The notes under the pieces are model-generated. The model did no database searches, had not been told where the DNA came from, and worked only from the letters and a program-made list of their open reading frames with translations. From a virus (lineage: Duplodnaviria > Caudoviricetes): 64,000 nucleotides of DNA. Below are positions 48,045 to 56,600 of this stretch, piece by piece (positions within the stretch are counted from its first letter, which is position 1; every line of letters starts with the position of its first letter). The stretch lies in the IMG/VR virus record IMGVR_UViG_2706794911_000004, positions 1 to 64,000 of that record, one strand, 5' to 3'. The position numbers and the translations under genes were made by a program.

Positions 48045-50713
48045 TATACGATCACGTCCTCTCCCGCCCAAAATAAGTCGAGTGTTTGTGTATACTCACC
48101 ACTTTCAGCATCGTACGCATCCTGTATGCCTTTGATTGTGTAAGTGGCATATGTGGACGTGTTTCTATCTGTTACATCTATTCTATCTAGCACATCAAGT
48201 GCAGGATTTCCAGGGATACGCACCTGTAACGTTCTAGCTACTCTCTTCATGTCTAGAAAAAGTCTCTGAGCTACCTGTCTTTTCATTTCTAATGTATCCG
48301 CCCAATCAAGCTGTACCACAGCAGTCCTTACCTCACCTTTCAATTCCATCAGCAATTCTTTATCTACAAAACTCTGAGGCTTACCATCACTACCCACGAT
48401 AATTATATGACTTCTAACCCTTGAGTAGTCAGTGTTCTTTGATATACTCATTAGGTTCTCTGTACAGTCTACTGACTCTACAACAGGGTTATTGAAGCGT
48501 ATAGGCTCCAGTCTAAAAGTACCATACCTGTCGCAGTATGCCCTGTAATTTGTGTCCTTTAGCACCTCAACTATACAGTCTGAAACCCTAGCAGAAAACT
48601 GATCGAAGCTTCTACCATATGCTTCTACATAAGGATTTTTCCATCCTTGTGGAGTAGGTATTGAATCAATAGGCACTGCTTCAAACTGCCCCTCCTCGCC
48701 CGGTACCGCTTTTAGTACAGTACCCGCCTTTTCATTAATCTGTATTATATATGATTCCTCTATTACAGCATCTGGGTACCTTAGATCATCTGCAACTACC
48801 CGCCACCCAATTAACCCTGCATGTGCTATAAGATCATGTATAACAGCCGATTTAAGCCACGCCACCTTCTCTATGTCTAAGATCTCAAAGTCAGGTGTGT
48901 CGTCCTCTAGAAAGTTAACGTCAGGGTAATTCTTATCTTCTGTCAGTACCTTATCTACAGCCTTTTTGTACATATCCCTAGCTGTAACTGTGAGTGACAC
49001 ACCCTCACCCACCTCATCTGTCCTATCTATAAGACCTGTAAACACCCTCACTAAGTGGCTACCGTAGCCTAGATAAATTCTAATTGGCGTGTTATTACTT
49101 AGAACACCTATCAAATAATTACCTGCCCAGTAAGTGAAAACACTTTTTAGATTTAATTCTGGAAAGTAAAATGGACTATGCGTAGGGCTGTATGAACCAT
49201 TCTCGTTGGTGATAGTGACAGATGCACCCGCAGTCTCTTGATCCAGTGAATTGTTAACACTTACACTGGTTACATTATCTAGTGTACGTGTGTCCATATA
49301 GACAAAGTCGCCCACCACTATATCCATCTTGTTAGACACTTTATTAAACATAATGTCGTCTATCTCTTCCTCCACCCAATAGCCTTGCTGTATTGTGCTA
49401 CCACCACTTGTAGGGTCTAACTGCTCTGCTGTCTTGTTTCTGCTAACACTCATAGAGCCTAGTTCTTGTACCTCAATGTATCCGATAGAAAGCTTTTTAG
49501 TGCCAAACCGCGGTGCATAATTAGTCGGCAGTGCGTCATGCTTGCCACCAAAAACTACCTCAATACGTATAGTGACTTCGCCTCTAGGTACATAGATATC
49601 TTTTAGCTCCTGTATATTATCTAGTCCTTCAAATGTACCTAGATTAACCGAAGCATCATTTGAGTTACCAACAAACACTCTAAAACGGTCTCCCTCAGCG
49701 TACTTAAAATCTGACCTTACCACTAAATTCATAAAACCAGCATTAAGCATGTTTAAAGTGATGTTAAAGCCAGTTGTTATTTTCTGCTGTAGCTGCTTAA
49801 AACCAAATGTATAAGTCAGCCAGTTGCCTCTTTCCCTATTAGTTATTGTCTCGTAGGTGACCAAGTCGTTAAAGTTAGTATCTATAGCGTACCTTGAAAG
49901 TGTATGCCAGTTACGTGTTGCGAAGGTTTCATACAGCCTTAACTCTCCAGGGTAACCTTCTATCTCCTCACCTACTGATGCCCCGCCTCCCACATTTTGA
50001 ACACTTTTGTAAGCTTTTGCCGAACCCACTAGATAGGGTTCTGGGTTTACAGTCACATAAGTATTGTTAATGCTTTTGTGTACTTCAAAGTGTAGATGTG
50101 CACCAGCCCCTGCTGCCCTCTCTGCAGCAGAGGGAACCTTACCTTTACTCCTAACATTACCTGTGTTACCTAGTGTACCTATGATAGCACCAGCACTCAC
50201 TTCTTGACCTGTTGTGACTGAAACTGTATTAAGGTGAGCATACCTAGATAACAGACCATTAGGGTGTAATATATCTATATAGTTTCCATAACCTGTAGTA
50301 CTGTTAGAATATACAACCTTTTTAACTTTACCCGCCCACACAGCTACTAGTGGTGCTTTGAAAGTACCACTGGCCAATACATAGTCAACACCTGTATGTG
50401 AAGGTCTTGAAGATGTCTTATAGCCGCTGGTTTTTGTAGCTGTCTCGTGTGTGTGCCCGTGTATGGGAAAGACTGCCGATGCACCTTGTAGCTGTGTAGT
50501 GCCATCAAAATCACCTGACCCGTCACTAGCTATCCACCTCTGCTGTACCTTCTTTATCTCTTGTATATCAAAGGTGGTGAAGTCAAGCGTTTCTACCCTA
50601 CCCGGCACGTAGGACAGACGGTCTACTTCAACTACGCACCTTGGTCTTGCTTGGCTACCTGCTTTAAGTCTATTTCTTATTAATTTTTTGAACTCATCTG
50701 TTATAAGTTGCAT
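48044..50713 (-). CDS. Tail hub/Tal-like protein with inserted M23 peptidase domain
   Basis: HTGVDY, YGNYI, YAHL, HLHFEV; hub-like IRIYLGYG...VFTGLID...ARD and IPGNPAL. Confidence 0.85.
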   Translation of the reverse strand: MQLITDEFKKLIRNRLKAGSQARPRCVVEVDRLSYVPGRVETLDFTTFDIQEIKKVQQRWIASDGSGDFDGTTQLQGASAVFPIHGHTHETATKTSGYKTSSRPSHTGVDYVLASGTFKAPLVAVWAGKVKKVVYSNSTTGYGNYIDILHPNGLLSRYAHLNTVSVTTGQEVSAGAIIGTLGNTGNVRSKGKVPSAAERAAGAGAHLHFEVHKSINNTYVTVNPEPYLVGSAKAYKSVQNVGGGASVGEEIEGYPGELRLYETFATRNWHTLSRYAIDTNFNDLVTYETITNRERGNWLTYTFGFKQLQQKITTGFNITLNMLNAGFMNLVVRSDFKYAEGDRFRVFVGNSNDASVNLGTFEGLDNIQELKDIYVPRGEVTIRIEVVFGGKHDALPTNYAPRFGTKKLSIGYIEVQELGSMSVSRNKTAEQLDPTSGGSTIQQGYWVEEEIDDIMFNKVSNKMDIVVGDFVYMDTRTLDNVTSVSVNNSLDQETAGASVTITNENGSYSPTHSPFYFPELNLKSVFTYWAGNYLIGVLSNNTPIRIYLGYGSHLVRVFTGLIDRTDEVGEGVSLTVTARDMYKKAVDKVLTEDKNYPDVNFLEDDTPDFEILDIEKVAWLKSAVIHDLIAHAGLIGWRVVADDLRYPDAVIEESYIIQINEKAGTVLKAVPGEEGQFEAVPIDSIPTPQGWKNPYVEAYGRSFDQFSARVSDCIVEVLKDTNYRAYCDRYGTFRLEPIRFNNPVVESVDCTENLMSISKNTDYSRVRSHIIIVGSDGKPQSFVDKELLMELKGEVRTAVVQLDWADTLEMKRQVAQRLFLDMKRVARTLQVRIPGNPALDVLDRIDVTDRNTSTYATYTIKGIQDAYDAESGEYTQTLDLFWAGEDVIV

Positions 50714-50725
50714 ACTCCCGCCCCT

Positions 50726-52132
50726 TTACAAGAACCTATCCATGCATAATTTTCTAAACCTGTTTAAAATACTTGCACCCTCCGCCCTAGTTATGTGTGT
50801 ATAAGGAAGAAACCACGTTTCTGTGTCACCTGAACCACTTATAGGGTTGTAGTCATTATCTACGTGAACCACTTTCTGCCCTTCATGGGTAGAGGTACTT
50901 GTAACAGGTGTACCTGACACCATTTTAGATCCATCCGAGAGTACCTCATTCTCAAGATCGAGTATATGAGATGCCCACCACGATCCACTAGCAGTACCTA
51001 TTACATCAATGTAACTTGAGGTGGCTGTATTGTAGTACTTGGTATCCTCCCCCACATCTACTAAGGTGTCACTCTTAGACCTTTCGTAAAAGTATCTTAT
51101 CGTGTCAACACTAGATAGTGGGCTATTCAGTGTAACTGAGTAATCACTTGTTTCAGTATAGTCAGCACTGTAAGTTAATAACGTACCATTTTTCCACACC
51201 TTTAGCTCATTTTTACCTGATGGGTACTTACCATTTGTAAGAAAAGCTACCTGACCCTCATAAGCTGTAAAGGTCTCGTCTATCACTCTAGACGGTGGTG
51301 TTACATCAGTAAATCTTTGGTACATTATCTTCATTAGCTTATTAACAAGTATAAATGCCTCTGCTCTATTTATCTGTGCGTTAGGGAAAAACCTATTTAA
51401 AAACAGCACCTTTGCAGAAGTAGGCTTGAAGGTCTCTGTTGTCTGCGCGTAACTATCCGTAGTAGAGTAAGTTATGCTACATGTCACATTGTTCAAGTTA
51501 TATGGTACATACATTACACCTTGTGGTGATATTGTATAAACATCAGTATTATACTTTATTTTAGCCTCTAACAGATTCTGTACATTCCCCGCCCAATCAG
51601 CATCCGATATATCTATTCTTCTTAAAAGCTTACCGAAAGCAGTAACCTGCTCATGTAAGTTGCGCGAAAACTTATCGTACTTATAGTTAACTGCTTTACT
51701 TAACGTATACGAAGGATAACTTGCACCAGACGTATCACCATATGGCTTTCCGAACCTATCCACACTAGGTGTCCCTAGGCTGATGAATGATCCTACTGCA
51801 CCTTGCCTAGCTGGTGAATACAGCGTGACTTTCGTCTGTCCGCCCTCCTGTTCTACACTTTTGTAAACTGTCTGAACACCATCTATATATACAAATAATG
51901 GATTATCTGAGGTAGGTACTATACTTACATCAAGGGTAAAAACACTTTGACCCTGCGAAGTTATTTCTGTATATAAATAAGGCGAGCCTCCCTCAAAGGC
52001 ATTATAAGGTATACTGGCGATTAGAAAGCCGCCATCCTCATCCTGTATATTACTTGCTTCTGTTACATCTTTAAAAAACCAATCACCAGGTTGCACATCT
52101 AACCATGCCACACCTACCACCCCCTGTACCAT
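50726..52132 (-). CDS. Tail-region protein with split SLH-like motifs
   Basis: WLDVQPGDWFF, FFPNAQINRAEA, FLPYTHITRAEGASILNR. Confidence 0.7.
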   Translation of the reverse strand: MVQGVVGVAWLDVQPGDWFFKDVTEASNIQDEDGGFLIASIPYNAFEGGSPYLYTEITSQGQSVFTLDVSIVPTSDNPLFVYIDGVQTVYKSVEQEGGQTKVTLYSPARQGAVGSFISLGTPSVDRFGKPYGDTSGASYPSYTLSKAVNYKYDKFSRNLHEQVTAFGKLLRRIDISDADWAGNVQNLLEAKIKYNTDVYTISPQGVMYVPYNLNNVTCSITYSTTDSYAQTTETFKPTSAKVLFLNRFFPNAQINRAEAFILVNKLMKIMYQRFTDVTPPSRVIDETFTAYEGQVAFLTNGKYPSGKNELKVWKNGTLLTYSADYTETSDYSVTLNSPLSSVDTIRYFYERSKSDTLVDVGEDTKYYNTATSSYIDVIGTASGSWWASHILDLENEVLSDGSKMVSGTPVTSTSTHEGQKVVHVDNDYNPISGSGDTETWFLPYTHITRAEGASILNRFRKLCMDRFL

Positions 52133-52187
52133 TAGTATAGTACAAAAGTAGAATACTATATCAGCCTTCTACCTTATTTTAGAGAAA

Positions 52188-52877
52188 CTATTTCTTTACT
52201 CGCTTTATTGAGGTGGGGGAGATTTTTATATCATTCATGCTGTCATATATCTTTTGTATGCCGTTCTTGAGTACACCAATTGACTTGAATCCATCGTCCG
52301 ACTCAACAACTTTAAAGTAGCTCTCACCTGTCTTATTAACCTCCGTTATAGTTTTGTGTAGATAACCACTCATTTTAGCCCACGTACTTATCTGTCCACG
52401 TTTAACACCGAAGGTCTTTGTTAGATCAGTTAAGCTAACAGTACCTGTTCTGTCTATTCTCTTCTCTTCTCAGCTAATGCCAAAAGGTTTTTGTTCTTCT
52501 ATGGTGCCCTGCAGTTGAGATATCCGGGATTCTGCCATCTTTAACGCCCTAGCCATCACAACTTCTGGACTATTCCATTTTTTCTCCAGCTCTAGAAAAT
52601 AGCTCCTGTATTCATGTGACTTTGCTGTACGTGCCATCATAGCAATATGCTTCGCAAATTCCAGAGATACTGCAAAATCAACAGTTTCATTACCGTTCGC
52701 CATAATGGCGAACCCCACCCAATGTACGTTTTCTGGAAAAAATTCATTCTGCACGATGTTCTGCTCACTCCACCTTTTCCAGTGTGTCCTATTAAGACCC
52801 AAACCTAAATATAGATCCTTTGCACTTACTACTTGTTCCAGATTTTCATTTGCTGTTACTTTAATTAATTAATTCAC
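52188..52877 (-). pseudogene. Degenerate AntA/AntB-type antirepressor
   Basis: GTG AAT TAA early stop, then LIKV...VVSAKDLY, DFAVSLEFAKHIAM, LEKKWNSPEVVMARAL; frameshift near 52470. Confidence 0.75.
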
Positions 52878-52918
52878 TTAACCAATCCCTCTCAAAATAT
52901 TATTTTACTGCTTATGTT

Positions 52919-52947
52919 TATATACTGGTGCAGTAGGCAAAAGTTAA
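52919..52947 (-). promoter_or_regulatory. Phage ECF-type promoter copy 9 (antirepressor)
   Basis: TTAACTTTT-N10-CCAGTATATA. Confidence 0.8.
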
Positions 52948-52957
52948 GGGGATTAAT

Positions 52958-52987
52958 AAAAAAATCCCGCCACACGTGGACGGGAAA
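52958..52987 (-). terminator. Intrinsic terminator
   Basis: TCCCGTCCAC/GTGGCGGGA hairpin plus T-tract on the minus strand. Confidence 0.6.
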
Positions 52988-53018
52988 TTCAAAAGTAATA
53001 TATAATGTAGAAATAGTT

Positions 53019-53654
53019 TTACTCTCTGACCAATCTTTCTACAAGTTTTTTAGTCCTATTTAGAGTAAGCGTGAACTCAGCTCTTGTCATATAATCATTA
53101 GGTCTAAACAGTAGTACTGGGTCACCATTAGATGATACTACTGAGACTAATCCTAGATTAGCCATATCTCGTATATTGTGCTCCGCCCAGTGTCCTCCTA
53201 TATCGGTGTAACTAAATCTGTCTTTTTTAATGAAGCTATCTTTCTTGATTAAAATTAACGAAACTTCTACAAGATACCTTCGGTTGGCTTCATGTGATAC
53301 AGCCTTTATGTCTTCTACTGTACCTGTATATATTTGCCCTCTTTCATCATAAAACTTATGCGTCCACCCCGCGTAAGACATATACTTTGCATAAGCTTGC
53401 CTACTATTAAAAAGTAGACTAAACGAAGTTTTATACACCGACATACCTGAGTGGTGAATGTGTGATGGCCCGTCTAGTATTCTAAGCTCAGTTACTTTCG
53501 GTATCGGTGTGGGTGGAGAGTAAGGCTCAACAACACGAGCCTCAACTTCCTCGAACTCCGTCCCCACGTCTACAAAAAGTCTTTTCTTATACTGACCATG
53601 TTCATTAGTAGACTCATCATCATTTCTATTTAAAAAAGGTTTTTGTCTTGACAT
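53019..53654 (-). CDS. Distal-tail-position protein with C-terminal SLH domain
   Basis: Directly after tape measure; TDIGGHWAE..I..M..LGLV...FRPNDYMTRAEF. Confidence 0.75.
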   Translation of the reverse strand: MSRQKPFLNRNDDESTNEHGQYKKRLFVDVGTEFEEVEARVVEPYSPPTPIPKVTELRILDGPSHIHHSGMSVYKTSFSLLFNSRQAYAKYMSYAGWTHKFYDERGQIYTGTVEDIKAVSHEANRRYLVEVSLILIKKDSFIKKDRFSYTDIGGHWAEHNIRDMANLGLVSVVSSNGDPVLLFRPNDYMTRAEFTLTLNRTKKLVERLVRE

Positions 53655-53667
53655 TCTCCGCCGCCCC

Positions 53668-56600
53668 CTATTGATTAATCGGGTAGTAATTATAACCCAT
53701 GTTCTGCTGAACATTCCTAGCTAAATCATTGGCTATATTTCTCTGTACCATTGATACACCATCCTCTACAGCTCTCTGCACTCTTTTTACATCTTCTTCG
53801 CTACCTGACATGTTGTCTATATTTATATTCACTAGCGTTTCACCGGATTGAACGCTCACATTCCTGTGTGTGTTTCCTCTTGTCATTGCTTCATAATAGG
53901 TTATAGGCTCCATGCCCGATGGTAAGTTAAATGTAGATAGTTGACCTTTGAGTTTCTCATCAATCTCAACAAGCAACCTTGTTTGTTCAGCCTGTAGCTG
54001 TAGAATCTGTAGGTTGATCTTCTCAAGTTGCTCTGGGTTGTCTAGAAATGACTGCTTCAAGTTTTCTAGTTTTGATATAGCTGTGCTAGTTATACCTGCT
54101 TGTTCTTTCGCCATCCTCGCTTCCAGTTGTAGACTTGCTGTTGAACCTGACCTTACCCCCGCTAGTATAGCATTGTTACGCTTAATTTCACCCCTAGCTT
54201 GAGCAAATGATGTTTCTACACCATGTTTCCGCATATACTCATCGAATGCCCCAAACTGGTTTTGCACGGTCTGATACTCAACCTCACCCAGCTTAGATTC
54301 TAGCTCAAGTATTTTCAGACTCATTTCAGTTTCTTGTAAACTACCGGGCACCAGTAATTTGATCTTTTCATTTAGTTCATTTAAAGTACCTGCTATTAAC
54401 TCTGTCTCTAAGTCCAGCTTCCTCTTTAGCATGTTACGTATCTCGGCAGAATCCTCAGCCATACCTTTAGCAAGTAACTTATACCTCTCCCTGTTAAACT
54501 CATAATCAGCTTTAGACATTTCATTCTGTAGCTCACTTATTACATGATTCAGGAACTCCGTAATATCCTCCAAAGGTATCTGTGCTAATCTAGGGTCCCC
54601 CGCCTCAAGTACATTACCCTTCCTATCCGTGAAAGGGTCTATGACCTTCAAGTACTCTTCTTGCATCTCCATCTTAGCCTTACGACTGATAGTTGTGGGG
54701 TCAAGTCCTTTCTTACCTAACTCATCTAATATATACTCCTCTAGTGCTTCGTCTGTTAGACCCATCCGCTTACCGTCGAAAACTGCATCACGAGCCTCTG
54801 AAACTTCTGTCGGCGCACCTGTTAGCTTGCCTAGGTAATACTTAGTATCGCCGTAAAACTCACCTATATCCACACCACTGATAGTTTGAAGTAGGCTAAG
54901 TGGATTATACCAGCTTCTCTCGCTTCTGCTGACACTCTTACTAATATACTTCTCTGTTTTGCCAGCTATTAGACTGTCTATCTCAAAGTTTTTCATGCCT
55001 CTTGCCGCCACAGCTTCCATTCCTACACCAACCAAGTCGAAAGCTGCCATCATTAAGGCTAACTTAGGTATAGCCTTGACTAGAGACATTAAAGCAAATC
55101 CCGCTGTACCAGCATTATCTAAAGGTAGCTGCTTATCTAGTAAGCCTAGTCCGCTCTCCATGTTAGTGTTCAATGGTTTACCTGTCACAGTGTTTTTTCC
55201 AAAAGCGTTTCTAGTAGCATTATCCAACCCCGCTGCATATGTGTTAGCATCTATGTTTCCCTGTCTTAACTGCCTATTTAACGACTCTACATTAACTTGT
55301 AGCTTGTTTATGCCCTCACCACTTACACCAGCACTTTCCCCGAGTAACCTGATCTCTTCCCTAAACTGCTCATTGGTTATTTTACCTTGGTTTAGCTGCC
55401 CAGACAATTCATCTATTGGTGTCATATAGCGTTTTTCAAATTCGTCTAGAGCAAAATCCTCTGTCCTAGGTGTACTTGCTAGTCTATTAAAACCGTAACC
55501 TAGTGACTCTTTTTCGGCAAGGAGCTGGTGCATACTTTTGTTTAATCCTTGTATATTTTTCTCCGTCGCCGCCGCCTGCTCGCCTAACCCCTTCAGTGCA
55601 TTCTCTGGTACACTTTCCATTTTAGTATATATAGCGTTGAGCTTAGTGCTCTCCGCTACTAGTTGCGACGATGTTCTGTTTATCTCTTCATTGAGTATTG
55701 CATCACCTACACCACGTTCACCAGCCAAAGCACTTCGTTTTCTTGCTTCGTCGTCTAGTGTAAACCCTGACCCTAAGTGAGCAAGAGACACTTCATTTTC
55801 CCTACGCCGCAAAAGTAGCCTAGACTGTTGAGATGCTACAGCCTGCTCCTGCTTTGCTAGCATTTCCCTCTCTGCAACTATTCTCTGATACTCATGCGTG
55901 TCACCAAGACCATTTGTGCTTAGCTCTGCTTCTCTAACACCAAGTGCAGTATACTCTTTGTTGTAGTAATTTCTACGGACTTCTAGATCACGAACATCTT
56001 GTTCAATGCTAGTGTTTTCATTAGTGAGGTGTTGCATGTAGGGTAAGTTTTTTTCATATATTTCTTTCTTATACTTCACATTCATGGCATTTTTAAACTT
56101 ACCCCGAGCTACTTGGGCTACTAACGCCGCCCCAACTTTTGCAAAAGTTCTTATCACCTCTGCCGCTTCGTGTCCATTCTCCTCAAATTTTCTTAAAATA
56201 GCAGTCAGATAAGTTGAGGCATTACTGAAATCGCTTTTTAAGTCACTGAATATTTCAAAAGAAGTTATCTCCCACTGACTCTGTAACCCTTGCGTGGTAA
56301 GTTTAAATGTATCCTGAAGCCCTGCTATATACCCAGATATTTCTTCGTCTGTAACACTCATTATATTATCTACGTATGCCTCTAAAGTCTCTTTAAAAGA
56401 GAAATCAGCAACTGTTTTAGTAGGGTCTAGTGCACCTGTAGCCTGTAATCTTTCCACAGTAAGGTTTAAATCCTCTTGCATATCCTCTATCATTGTAGAC
56501 AATGCCTCTGCTGTGGCACCGTGTCTCCTAGGGAACATATCTTGCATTAAGCTTAGCCTAGAAGGGTCGTCTATTCTTCTAGTTGTCTCTACTATGTCTG

